Source: Torpedo marmorata (lineage: Eukaryota). Taken from it: a DNA stretch of 64,000 bases. The notes below the pieces were generated by a model that was not told the origin of the DNA, searched no databases, and saw nothing but the letters and a program-made list of their open reading frames with translations. The DNA is taken from positions 262,012,001-262,076,000 of the forward strand of contig OZ360220.1 in assembly GCA_977017645.1 (NCBI GenBank), given 5' to 3'. Every line of letters starts with the position of its first letter. Within the stretch, counting starts at the first letter, position 1. A program made the translations under genes and the position numbers. Of the stretch, positions 1 to 12,749 are shown in pieces.

Positions 1-1323
1 TTAGGTAAAGTAATTTTAGATAAAAATCTATTAATCTTCATATCATCATGATCAATCTCAGATCTATATAAATTCTGATAATATTCTTTAAAAGATTCAT
101 TTATTTCTTGTGGCTTATAAGTTATTTCCCCAGTATTTCTCTTCCTTATAGCATTGATAGTTTTAGAAACTTGCTCTTTTTTTAATTGCCATGACAAAAC
201 CTTATGAGCTTTTTCCCCTAATTCATAATATCTTTGTTTTGTTCTTTCTATCAATTTTTCAGTCTTACGAGTTTGCAATAAATTATAATGTAATTTCCTC
301 CTCACTAAACGATTTCTCTTAAAAATAGACTTATTTCTCTGTAAATCCTTTTCCATAAATTCAATCTCCTTCTCTAATTTTTCTTCTTCTTTCGAATAAT
401 CTTTTTTAATCTTTGCTGAAAAACTTATTATTAAACCTCTTAGGTAGGCTTTCAAAGCCTCCCATATCATAAATTTATCATTAACCGAGTTATTATTTAT
501 TCTTAAAAACTCCCGAATTTCTCGTCTCATATATTCACAAAAATCCTTTCTTTTCAATAAAAAAGAGTCAAATCTCCAATTATATACAGTTTTTTTCCTT
601 CTCCGGGATTATACATGTCATTAATAAGGGTGAATGATCTGAAATTATTCTTGCTTTATAGGATATCTGTGTTATTCTGTCCTGAATTTGTGAAGATAAC
701 AGGAATAAATCTATCCTAGAAAATGAATTATGTCTAAATGAATAAAATGAATAATCTTTCTCTCTAGGTTTCAATTTTCTCCAAATATCCACCAAATTTA
801 AATCCTCCATCAAATTAACAATCTTTTTAACTATTTTAGGTCTAACAGATGTTTTAGAAGTTTTATCCATTATTGGATTTAAACAACAATTAAAATCTCC
901 GCCAATTAAAATATTTTCTTTAGCATCTGATAAATGTAAAAAAGCATCTTGAATAAATTGTTCATCATCAGGATTTGACACATATAAATTCATAAGAGTC
1001 CAAAATTCTGAATAAATTTGACAATATATCAAAACATATCTTCCTGCCGTATCAATCACTGTCGATTGTATCTTAAAAGGTAACTTTTTATTAACTAAAA
1101 TAGCTACTCCTCTAGCTCTAGAATTAAATGACGAAGCTATAACATACCCTACCCAATCCCTTTTCAATTTTTGATGTTCAACATCTGTCAGATGAGTTTC
1201 TTGTAAAAAAGCTATATCTACCTTCAATTTTTTAATATATGCCAAAGCTCTTTTTCTTTTAATTGGATTATTAAGCCCATTTATATTAATACTTACTAAG
1301 TTTATACTTCTAGAATCCCCCAT
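1..1323 (-). pseudogene. L1 ORF2p N-terminus (AP endonuclease), frameshift near 595, truncated by window edge
   Basis: Motifs SININGLNNPIKR, FLQETHL, GGDFN, DIWR, SRIDLFL, SDHSP; after removing one A the frame continues WRFDSFLL...WEALKAYLRG. Confidence 0.9.
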
Positions 1324-1594
1324 AATCAAATAATAACCATTCCCTGTCAATCAAATCCACCAGCGTTTCCCTCTTATTCTGCTGTATATACATGTCCTCC
1401 TCAATTAGATTAAAAGACAGAAGCAATTAAAAAAAAGAAAAATTCCCCTATAAAAAACACTGGTCTTCTATTTCCAGTGTTACCCCCCTCCATTGTTCGA
1501 GAAGCGGCTCTCGCCGCTAAAGTGGTGATAGGTTCGGAAGAAGTGCTCGTAAGCCCACCTCCCCCCAACAGATATATATTTGTCCAACATATTT

Positions 1595-2967
1595 TCAATC
1601 AACTTCTCCCACAACGATATCTTCTTGTTCTTCTTCAACTTGAGCTGAAATATTTTCTCTTGATACACCAGGTAGCTCATCACCGCAATATACTTGGTTT
1701 CCCCGATCTTGTTGTTCTAGAATATTTTGAAAATTTCTTGATCGACGAGGAAGAGTTTTTGCATGAGAAAGCGCCGCTTCAGGATCCATAAACAATATAA
1801 ATTTTTCACCATTATCCTGGATCCTCAAACTTGCTGGATACTTAAACGAAAATTTATATCCTTTCTCCCATAATACAGCCTTTACAGGATTAAATTCTTT
1901 ACGTTGCTTGACCACCATTGGACTTAAATCAGGATAGAAGAAGACTCTACTTCCTTCTATGACCATCGGACCCTTATTTTCCCGCGCTTTTTGAATTGCC
2001 ATTTTTAAAATTTTTCCCTATCTTGATATCTAAGACACTTCATCAAAACTGGACGTGGTCTCCGATCACCTTGATTTTTCCTTCCAATCCTGTGTGCTCT
2101 TTCCAATTCCATTGATTGGTCAAGGTTAAATATCTGCACCAACCAATTCTGAAAAAATTGCGTTATATCTTGTGACTCAGTTCCTTCCGGTAATCCCAAT
2201 ATTTTAACATTGTTTCTCCGACTTTGATTTTCCATCTGGTCTATCTTCTGTATTAATTGATCACGTTGTTGTTGCCATCCAGTAAAAGTATCTTCCATGG
2301 TATTCACTTTCTCTTTGCAATCTTCAACATCATCTTCTACCTGCTTAACTCTAGTATCCATTTTCTTCATGTCTTTTTTTATCTCCTGAAATTCACTTTG
2401 TATTTTTTGTTCAAGCTGATTAAATTTTTTATTTACATTTTTATCCAACTTTGCAATGGCTACTAATACAATATGAAAATTTTCTTTTACCACCCTTGTA
2501 TCCTTTCTTAATTCTTCTATATCTTCTGAAGATATTTCCTCTTCCTCACTGTCTTCTTCTCCCAGTTGCAAACTTTCTTTCTCTCCTTCCGATTCTGACG
2601 ATATTTCTGGCTCCCCAGGCTGTAGTATAGCCTGGGGAGCCCTGACAGACGTCATCTTCAATCCAGCTGCTTGCCATCGCAACTCGTCAGTGCTTACCGA
2701 CTCGCGCATGCGCAGTGGCTCCAGGCTTCTTTTTGTAGTTCGACGTCGGGTGTCGGCGCCATCTTCCGCAGCTCCCTGCGGAGTTAGCGTCGGCACTACC
2801 GACTCACCTGAGCGTGTTCTCCGTTGAGCCTTGGGCTCCATCGATAGGACAGTCCCCGGATCCAGAGTCAAGGTAGGCCTCTTTTCTTCTTGTATTGAGG
2901 ATTGTTGTTTTGCAGATTTCAGAGGTTTTTTAAGCTTTTGTTCCTTCATTTTTTTCCTAGTAGCCAT
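1595..2967 (-). pseudogene. L1 ORF1p (coiled coil + RRM/CTD), one frameshift near 2003
   Basis: ORFs 2005..2979 and 1595..2002 join if one A is added to an A-run (YQDREK-I-LKMAIQKAR...FFYPDLS...RKEF); acidic N-terminal region and heptad coiled coil. Confidence 0.88.
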
Positions 2968-4224
2968 TGTTTTAGTCAATAATACTTTTCAAAGTATTCT
3001 AAAAATTTTTGAAGTTGATTAAAAAGGCTTCTTAACTTAATCTGCTGGGAGTGGTGTATCTCTGCGTCTTCTCCCTACGCCATCACGCCACGCCCCCCAA
3101 ATGTAAATTTTTTTAAAATAATCCTCATTACAAACCTTTATGCCTTGAAAGAGCACCAACAGCTTGCCTATCTTATCAAATGAGAGTATAGTTTGTTGCC
3201 AATTCTGGTTCAAAAAAAAAAAGGAAACTTATTTGGAACTTTTTGAAATTATGGGCTATAGTGGGAGCAACTATGTTGGGGGTTGGTGCATATGAGGAGT
3301 CGGCATCACTCCAATAAACCAGGATAAAAATACAAAGAACAGCAAAAATCATTGAAGTTAAACATTTCAAATGCTGGCTCAGAATAGATGGTGCCTCAAA
3401 CAAATGCCCATTCCTCAGTGAAGAGGATTCCATTGTCTTCTGGCCTTTCAAGAAAGTGCTGCCTGACTGCCCTGGCTGCATCAGAGAGTGGAAGCAAGCA
3501 GTTGGGGAGATCAAAGTAACAACAGTGCGACTGACAGTGAGAACATAGTCTGCCACCCAGTTGTTCATGCGCGGGCCAGGACCTTGAACAATGAATGAGT
3601 TTCCGCCAATGTTTCTATCGCCCAAAACTTCCATTAAACCGTCCTTTACAAATCCAGACTCTGGGGCAAACAAAACTCCATTCAGAAGCTCCGGCCAGCT
3701 ATGCTATGTCAAAGCAAGGCATTCCTAGCCTGCAGACCATGTTGTCCTTGTGTGTATCCAAGTATTTCACACAGCAGGTGATTAACGGCTTTACCTACAA
3801 GCCTCTTGTGATTGAAATGAAAACGGAAACTTTGTTGGGGAGAGTGGACACGATGAGACTGAATCCAGTGCAACAATAAGCCTTTTGCATACACCAGGGA
3901 TTTTATTCAAAGTCAAAGGCACTTAGCATGTTTTTTTTCGTAAAATAACTTTCAATAGGATCGATAGCCTCTGTTATTAGAGAATGCAAGAGGGACTCTT
4001 TAATCAAAGTGTTTCTAGCCATGCTGCTAGATTAATTACATTGAAATGTGGAAGAAGGAATGCCTATGGTCATCCAGATAGGCAGAAGTAAATCGCCTTC
4101 ATTAATCAGTAGTTAGCTGCCATCAAACTCCTTCCAAAGTCACTCCTAAACTCTGAACCGAGGGGTTGACTCTCTCTTTTGTATAACAATCCACAACAGA
4201 TATACTCATGCTAAGAGTCAGCAA

Positions 4225-4470
4225 TAAAGGTAAAGGTAAAGGTTCCATTATTGTCACGTAATACTACATTTAGAATGTAACATACATGAAATTCTTTAAT
4301 TTTTGTCTACCGTAAGGCAGACAGAGGGTCGCTATTTTGTCCAGTGCCCCTCACAAAAACCTACAGCACCTGGTGTTCCTAGGTCCCCTCCAAGTACTGA
4401 CAAGTCCTGTGCCTGCTTAGCTTCCGAGATCAGACAATCCCAGTCATATTCAGGCTATTGGTGCTATATG
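4225..4470 (-). mobile_element. 5S rRNA-derived SINE (SINE3 type), copy 1
   Basis: Minus strand carries 5S-like GATCTCGGAAGCTAAGCAGG...AGTACTTGGA...GGTGCTGTAGG, then about 110 bp of non-5S body and an (ACCTTT)n tail; second copy at 34315. Confidence 0.88.
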
Positions 4471-6797
4471 CCTATCACTATGGCACAACATCTGCTACAG
4501 GTCGATTTAATCCAAGAAATGGAAGAAAAATTCTGTTCTGAGTCATGTAAAAACCCCACAGACATTTGTTTTGCATTTATCCCTGTTGACCAATGTTCTG
4601 TGACCTGCTGAGTTAAACCTGAAGTTAATGTCCTAATAATCAAGCACAAGTTAATACAGAAAGAACAGTAGATTATTTTTTAAAACCTTCAAGTTTAGCC
4701 TCATGGGGCAGGAATAAACAGATTCTGCAGGTCAGCTGGAACTGGGGAAATCAATACATTACGAACTAACAAAAGACTCTAATTACAAAGTCGAGTAGTA
4801 TGCCTCAGATCCATAATAGAAAATCCTCCATTAATGTAGTTCCACCCACCTCCTTCACTTTCCCAAGACTTCACTAAGTCATTTGTAAAGAGCACTTTTG
4901 TAAGCAGTGCCCGTTATGACACAGCAATTAAAGGCAATGTGATACATGATCGCTTCTTCTGTTATTCTTTAAAATTGTGCCAAAGTATCTTTCACAAATA
5001 CCTGAGAGAGGAGATGGGAACTTCATTCAATATTTCCTGGAAAAAAAGACCTTACTTTTATATATCACCATTCAGAAGAACATGAAGCATACTCACTGCT
5101 GTAAGGCAGTTGCTAATTCGCCCATAAACAGCAGGGTAATCTGGTCTCTGAATCTCTATTGGCCAGGACACTGGAGAAAAAAAAGGCTGCACTTCACTTT
5201 GCATCAGGGACTTGTTATACCCATCTGTGGAGGCATAGAGACCTCCAGTTTGATCTCTTCGGACAACAGTGTCTCCTGTAGTCTTTTATTTGGTGTTCAG
5301 TAGCATGTGCCCTCAACCTGGAATAGTTCTGCAGCAGAACTGAAGGCGTTATCACTGAGTAAAGCTCCAGCAACAAAACCAAAACAGAACCAAATGTTGA
5401 ATATCCGATATGTAAATCAAATCAATACATAAACTCACAAGGACAACAACATAAAATGTTCACTTCCTCTTCATCAAGCAATTCTTAAGGATTCTGCCCA
5501 TTATATATTTTTATTCCCAATGCATAACAATATACCGGTATATCTATAATGGATAGTGAATTTCTTTGTAGTCAGCTACAGATTATTCTTTGATAAATCT
5601 ACAGTACTGGCATCACAAGACATTATTAACCTCTTGTGAATTTAGCACACATTAAGGACTTATCATGCACACCAATGGCTGCTGCAAGCACATTGGAAAA
5701 TCAGGATTAATGCTAATCATTAAAGATGCATACAAGCAGGCTATTAGAGAACGAATAAAAAAACAAAGAGTCAGCTTCAAACAGGAATCTTAGATTTTCT
5801 GACAACATTAGGCATTAAAGCAAAATCCACCAACTCACCCTCCTGCCTTGCTTCACTCTCCTGGATATAGTAATTCCTGCCAGGCTATTTCCATCCAGCC
5901 AATCCTCATATGACATTTTGAACTATGGAAGCACCAATCCTGTCTTCAGAGTATCCAGATAAATTCAGTTTTTCCAGGGGGGCTTCACTGGAAAGTGTTG
6001 CAGGAGTGAAAATGCTGTTTTCTGTCCCATCAGATTAAATTATGATGACCACCATTATTTCCCTAACTGAATCCGCTAACTCAGACCATTCAACACTCTG
6101 CTTACACATCCAGTGGCACAGCACCCTGCAGCTTTTTACTTATTGCATGGGACTATACTTCAGAAGTTTTTTTATTAACTGTAATTAGCTATGCAATATT
6201 TGAGATAAAAGGTAAAAATGAACACAGGTAGTCCTCGACTTCTGAACTACGCGAGTTACGTCCACCTGTACATACGACCGAATTTTTTTTTTAAAAAAAA
6301 AACGCGTCTGCACATGCGCAACATAGCGCAATATAGGGCCATCTGCGCAGTCGCCATTCTGTAGGAGCGCTAGAAACATGGCAAGCAAGAGGGAAAACAT
6401 ATCCCTTGCTGATAGAGCTGCTAAGAGACCGAGGAAAACCATAACTTTGGAGGTAAAAATGAAAGCCATTAACCAAGATGACCAAGGTAGAAAGGTCAAT
6501 GATATTGCACGCAGTCTACAGTTCTCGCATTCCACCGTGTCGACGATTTTAAAGGATAAAGAGAGAATATGTGAGGCTGTAAGAGGATTTGTAAGTTTGA
6601 AGAGCACAATTTTAACTAAGCAACGGCGAGGGCCCATTCACGAGATGGGGAAGTTATTAATGGTGTGGTTGGAAGACCTGATTCAGAAACGCATGCCACT
6701 GAATTTAAGGACGATTCAGATGAAGGCTAGAAGTCTTTTCGAGGCATTGAAGGAGCGAGCGGGAGAGGAGTACATTGGAAGCTTCACCGCAAGTAAT

Positions 6798-7010
6798 ATG
6801 ACATGAAAATCTGTAGACACCGTGGTTGAAGTAAAAAACACAAATGCTGGAGAAACTCAGCAGGTCAAACAGTGTCTTTTATGTAGCAAAGGTAAAAATA
6901 CATAACCGACGTTTCGGGCTTGAGCCCTCGAAATGTCGGTTATGTATTTCTACTTTTGCTACATAAAAGACACCGTTTGACCTGCTGAGTTTCTCCAGCA
7001 TTTGTGTTTT
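6798..7010. mobile_element. Fold-back remnant of Penelope-like element termini, inserted in Tigger
   Basis: Roughly 85-bp inverted arms; 15-bp TSD TTCACCGCAAGTAAT (6783-6797, 7011-7025); absent from Tigger copy 2; arms match the ends of the element at 32234-33054. Confidence 0.85.
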
Positions 7011-7857
7011 TTCACCGCAAGTAATGGCTGGTTTAGTAGATTTAAAAGAAGATACAGCTTGCACAACGTACAAGTCTCAGGTGAAGCAGGAAGTGCCGAT
7101 GAAGGAGCCGCTAAAAAGTTCATTGAAGTCTGGATGAGTTAATCCGTGATGGCGGTTATCAACCAGAGCACATTTTCAACGTGGACGAAACGGGACTTTT
7201 TTGGAGGAGGATGCCGGAACGAACGTACATCCATAAAGAAGCTTGCACGATGCCAGGATTTAAAACATTTAAGGATCGAGTGACCTTGTTACTGGGAGGT
7301 AATGTTGCTGGTTTTAAGCTGAAGCCTTTCCTGATTTACCGCTCCAAGAACCCACGTGCATTCAAAAACATTAACAAGCCCACCCTGCCTGTCCACTACA
7401 GATCCAACCCCAAAGCCTGCATGACTAGGGCCTTGTTTGAAGACTGGTTTGCTAACTGTTTAATTCCAAATGTTCGGCAATATTGTTTAGAAAATAGTTT
7501 CACTTTCAAGATTCTATTAATCTTAGATAACGCGCCTGGACATCCCCCTCATTTGTCAGACCTTAATCCCGATGTTAACGTGATATTTCTGCCACCAAAC
7601 ACAACTTCTGTCATTTAGCCTATGGACCAAGGGGCGATTGCGACTTTTAAAGCTCATTACCTTTGCTCAACATTTGCGCAGGCCATAGCAGCAACCAACA
7701 ATGATCAAGCATCGTTACATGATTTTTGGAAAGGTTACAGCATTCTTAATTGCATTAAGAACATAAGAACATAAGAAATTAGGAACAGGAGTAGGCCAAC
7801 CGGCCCATCGAGCCTGCTCCGCCATTCAATAAGATCATGGCTGATCTGATCAATGAC

Positions 7858-10776
7858 CTAACTCCACCTACCTGCCCTTTCCCCATATCCCCTAATTCCT
7901 TTTGTATGTAAAAATCTATCCAACTGAACCTTAAATATGTTCAATGTAGCAGCCTCAACCGCTTCCCTGGGTAGAGAATTCCACAAATTCACCACTCTCT
8001 GGGAAAAACTGTTTTTCCTCATCTCTGTCCTAAATCTACTCCCCCGAATCTTGAGGCTGTGTCCCCTAGATTTGGTCTCACCTGCCAGTGAAAAAAACCT
8101 TCCTACCTCTATCCTATCCATCCCCTTCATAATTCTATATGTTTCTATAAGATCTCCTCTCATTCTTCTGAACTCGAGCGAGTATAATCCCAGACGATTT
8201 AATCTTTCATCATAAGTCAACCCCTTCATCTCAGGGATCAACCTAGTAAACCTCCTCTGGACTGCCTCCAAGGCCAGTATATCCTTCCTCAAATATGGAG
8301 ACCAGAACTGCACACAGTACTCCAGGTGCGGTCTCACCAGTACCTTGTACAGTTGCAACATTACCTCCCTGCTCCTGAATTCAAATCCTCTAGTGATGAA
8401 GGCCAACATTCCATTTGCCTTCTTAATAACCTGCTGCACCTGCAACCCAACTTTTTGCGATTCGTGCACAAGCACTCCCAAGTCCTTCTGCACAACAGCA
8501 TGCTGCAGTTTTTCACCACTTAAATAATACTCTGCTCTTTTATTTTTCTTGCCAAAGTGGATAACCTCGCACTTACTAACATTGTACTCCATCTGCCAGA
8601 CCTTTGCCCACTCACCTAACTTAACTATATCCCTCTGCAGCCTCTCCACATCCTCAGGACAATTTGCTCTTTCACTCAATTTAGTATCATCCGCAAACTT
8701 GGCTACACCACACTTTGTCCCCTCCTCCAAATCATCAATGTAAATGATGAACAGTTGTGGGCCTAGCACCGACCCCTGCGGCACCCCACTTACCACTGTC
8801 TGCCAATCAGAAAAACACCCATTTATCCCGACTCTCTGCCTCCTTTCAGACAACCAATCCTCAATCCATGCCAATATACTTCCCTGGACTCCTTTCACCT
8901 GTAACTTACTGATAAGTCTCTTGTGCGGCACCTTATCAAACGCTTTCTGGAAATCCAAATATACAACATCAACCTGTTCCCCTCTATCTACCGCACCCAT
9001 TATGTCCTCAAAGAACTCTAACAAGTTTGTCAAACAAGATCTGCCCTTCCTCAACCCATGCTGCATCTGCCTGATTGAACCCTTTCGTTCTAAATGTCTC
9101 ACTATTTCATCCTTAATGACAGCTTCAAGCATTTTCCCAACTACAGACGTTAAGCTAATTGGCCGATAGTTCCCAGTCTTCTGCCTACATCCCTTCTTAA
9201 AAAGTGGCGTGACATTTGCTGTCTTCCAATCTGCCGGGACCTGCCCAGAATCCAGAGAATTTTGGTATATGACCACCAATGCATCGACTATAACTTCTGC
9301 CATTTCCCTCAGAACCCTGGGATGCATTTCATCAGGACCAGGGGATTTGTCCAGCTTTAGTCCCATTAGTTTGTTCATCACTATCTCCTTTGTGACAACT
9401 ATTTTATCAAGGCCTTCACCAATATTCGCATCCCTATCTCCACTCTTTGGCATGCTGGACGTGTCTTCCATCGTGAAGACTGACACAAAATATTTGTTCA
9501 AGGTCTCGGCCATTTCCTCATTATTCAATATCAATTTCCCCTTCTCATCTTCCAAGGGTCCTATGTTAACTCTAGCCACCCTCTTACGTTTTATATATTT
9601 ATAAAAAATTTTGCTATCTGTTTTTATATTTTGTGCCAATTTACCTTCATAATCCTTTCTCCCCTTTCTTATTACCCACTTTGTTGTCTTTTAAAGTTTT
9701 CCCAATCTTCCAGTTTCCCACTACTCTTTGCAACTTTGTACACCTGAGCTTTTAATTTTATACTCTCCTTTATTTCCTTAGTTAACAACGGCTGACTCTT
9801 CCCTCTCTTGCTGCCCTTATTCTTAACTGGAAAATCGCCTTGAAAATTTTCCACTGTTCCTCAACTGTTCTACCAACTAGCCTGTGCCCCCAGTCCACGC
9901 TGACCAATTCCTCCCTCATCCTGTGATAGTCTCCCCTGTTTTAGCATAATACATTAGTTTTAGATCTAACTATTTCCCCTTCCATTTGTATGAGAAATTC
10001 AATCATACTATGATCGCTATTTCCAAGAGGGTCCCTAACTATTACATCATTTACTCTACCTATCTCATTGCACAATACTAGATCCAAAATAGCATTCACT
10101 CTCGTTGGTTCCTTAACATGCTGCTCAAGAAAGCTATCACGGATGCATTCTATGAAGTCTTCTTCCAGACTCCCGCGACCAACTTGATTTTCCCAATCTA
10201 CGTGGTAGTTAAAGTCCCCCACGACAACTGCCGTTCCATTCTTACATGCCTCACTTATCTCTGTTTATTGCCTGTGCCACTGTACTATTGTTATTTGGTG
10301 GGCGATAGACAACACCCACCAGTGATTTTTTTCCCTATGTTATTCTTAATCTCCACCCAGATCGACTCAACATTATGTTCCTTAGATCTTATATCATCTC
10401 TCACTATTGCCTTGAACTCATCCTTGATTAAGAGCGCCACACCTCCTCCCTTACCATCCTGCCTATCCTTTCGTACTACCTGATACCCTTGAAAGTTTAA
10501 TTCCCAATCATGGTCATCTTGTAGGCATGTTTCTGTGATGGCCACTAAATCATATGCCTGGGTACCGATTTGCGCCTCAAGTTCACGAACCTTGTTTCTA
10601 ATACTGCGGGAATTCAGATAAATTGCCCTTATGCTCAATGATCTTTTAGAATCTAGTGACTTCTGTATCCTTTGCTTTTGATTTTGATTTTTCTGCCCTA
10701 TTTCTCTTTGTCTTTTTCCTAACACTTTCTTTGGTCTCTGTACCACCTTTCTCATTTTTTCTGTGTAGGTTCCCAT
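7858..10776 (-). pseudogene. CR1 ORF2 (AP endonuclease + reverse transcriptase); RT half open for 593 aa, EN half disrupted
   Basis: AITET, MGDFN, GNSDH; KSPGPD, NYRPISLTS, YLDFQKAFDKVPH, GVPQGSVLGP, KFADDTK; frameshifts and small deletions between 9640 and 10300. Confidence 0.93.
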
Positions 10777-10788
10777 TCCCCTGCCCCA

Positions 10789-11494
10789 CTAGTTTAAACC
10801 TTCCCCAACAGCACTAGCAAAAGAACTCCCAAGTACATTTATCCCTCTCCTACCCAGATGTAGACCGTCTGGCCTGTGTTGGTCCCATCTGCCCCAGAAC
10901 CGGTTCCAATGCTTCAAGAAACTGAAACCTTCCCTCCAGCACCACTGTTCAAGCCACATATACATTCTGACAATTCTGTTATTTGTATTCTCACTAGCTC
11001 GTGGTACTGGTAATAATCCTGAGATTATTACTTTTGAGGTCCTACTCCTTAATCTATTTCCTAGCTCCCTAAATTCAGCTTGTAGCTCATCTCGCATTTT
11101 TCCTATATCGTTGGTACCAATATGGACCACGACAGCTGGCTGTTCACCCTCCCCTTCCAGAATGTCCTGCAGCCGCTCCGAGACATCCTTGACCCTTGCA
11201 CCCGGGAGGCAGCACACCATCCGGGAGTCGTTTTTGCAGCCGGAGAAGCTCCTGTCTGTTCCTCTCACCATAGAGTCCCCTATAACTATTGCTCTACCTG
11301 TCTTTTTCCTTCCCTCTTTCATAGCTGAGCCACTCACAGAGCCATGATCCTGGCTTCTACTGCCTTCTCCTGGTGGGCCATCTCCCCCAACCATATCACT
11401 TTGTGCACATGTAAACCTCAGGGACAATATCAGTCGTCCTGAGTTCCCACATGGCACAGGAGGAACATGACACGGGTTGGATCTCACCTGCCAT
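10789..11494 (-). pseudogene. CR1 ORF1 (Cys-rich N-terminus + SGNH esterase-like domain) with internal deletion
   Basis: MAGEIQPVSCSSCAMW...CTK from ATG at 11494, then a frame jump to VIGDSMVRG, CCLPGARV, VVHIGTNDIG, DGLHL. Confidence 0.85.
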
Positions 11495-12749
11495 GTCTGA
11501 AACGTGCACAGTTGTTTTGTTACTAATCAAAGTGACAAATTAGAAAGAAGAAACTTACCCCTTTTAAAGTGCCTCAACCTCTCTGCGCCGTAGCCTCTTG
11601 AGCCAAAGCCTGGAAGTCCCACTCCTTCGCTGTGCCACTCACTCGCTGGGCTGCTCCCTGTCCCTCTTATTGATTGGCCTTTTACCAATTAACCCCGACA
11701 CCCTCTCCTGTACGCCCGACCAATGGCCGCCTCCGACTCCTCCTCAGACCTTTGCCGCAGGCCCCGGTAAGTAACTTTAAAAAAAAGCCTTCTTACCTTC
11801 TCTCCGACTCTTTTCTCCTCTGTCTTCTCCTCTCTCCTCTCCCGAACATCGCGGCAGCATGGGAGAATGTTACAGGAAGATGCATGAATGGAATTTGGAA
11901 AAAATGTCTCAAGCGCAACGTTCACACAAGCTTGAATGAGGAGGATGTGCTTGACGAGATTAGAGAGAACATTGAGACACTCACAAGGGATCTTGAATTG
12001 GCAGTCGACGTTGAAGATGTGGAAGAGTTATTAGATCTTGAATCAAAGGAATTGACCAATGAGGACTTAATCGAATTAGAAGAAGAACGCATTGCGGAGG
12101 AGGAAAAGAGGAAAGAGGATGAGGAACTACAGAAGAGAGTCAGAAGGACCAGAATTTTGAAAGATTTTCCAAGATTGATCGCCAAATTCAGGACGCTTTA
12201 AGTTCTTATCATCAAATTTACGATGAAAAAAAGAAACAAACAGTGCAAACGAATTTAGGCATGTTCTTCAAATGTCCTTCATCAACCCCCTGCCCATCAA
12301 CCCATGAAGAAGAAGAAGAAGAAGACTGTGAGGAGCCACAGCCAAGTACCAGTACAAGTGCAGTGATGGGATCAAGTTCAGATGAAGAGACTTCCGATTA
12401 TAGTTCAAATGTTGACAATCTTTATTAAAACTACTGTACAGGTACAGTACCTATTTTGTATTAAAAGTACTGTATATATGTTCAGATTCTTTATTATTTA
12501 CTTGAAGTTCATATGTTGAGTATCTTTATTAAAGGTACTGTACTGTACATATGTTGAGATTCTTCATTAAAGGTTCATTTGTTGAAAATGTTTTTGAAAA
12601 ATTGCTTTAAGACCTCGTTAAGACATGCGCAGTAGGGTGAATCCGACTTACAACCAATCCGTTTACGACCAATCCTTTGGGCCCAATTACGGTCGTAAAT
12701 CGAGGACTACCTGTACATATGTACTTTTTTAAAATATTGTACAATGAAG

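Larger units (their letters stand above)
1..3098 (-). mobile_element. L1-clade LINE, 5' portion (5'UTR, ORF1, spacer, start of ORF2); runs off the window
   Basis: GC-rich 5' end GGGGGGCGTGGCGTGATGGCG ends at 3098; L1 ORF1 motifs (ENQSRRNNVKILGLPEG, ERAHR) are followed by an APE endonuclease ORF2 in the same orientation. Confidence 0.92.
7765..11843 (-). mobile_element. Full-length CR1 LINE (~4.1 kb) nested in Tigger copy 1
   Basis: Purine-rich 5' end, ORF1 esterase, ORF2 EN+RT, (TTCTTATG)n tail, GAACAT TSD; Tigger sequence resumes exactly on both sides. Confidence 0.95.
6225..12713 (+). mobile_element. Tigger/pogo DNA transposon, copy 1, interrupted by two nested insertions
   Basis: TIRs CAGGTAGTCCTCGA...TCGAGGACTACCTG with TA on the right flank; CENP-B-type HTH and DDE motifs (DETGLFW, LILDNAPGHP); colinear with the copy at 17006-19221. 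Confidence 0.93.

Noticed and set aside
3176-3673. 165-aa minus-strand ORF as a gene or Pax5 exon
   Set aside because: No recognisable motif or Pax5 similarity; likely a chance ORF
7937-9604. Plus-strand ORFs over the CR1
   Set aside because: Antisense shadows of the reverse transcriptase frame
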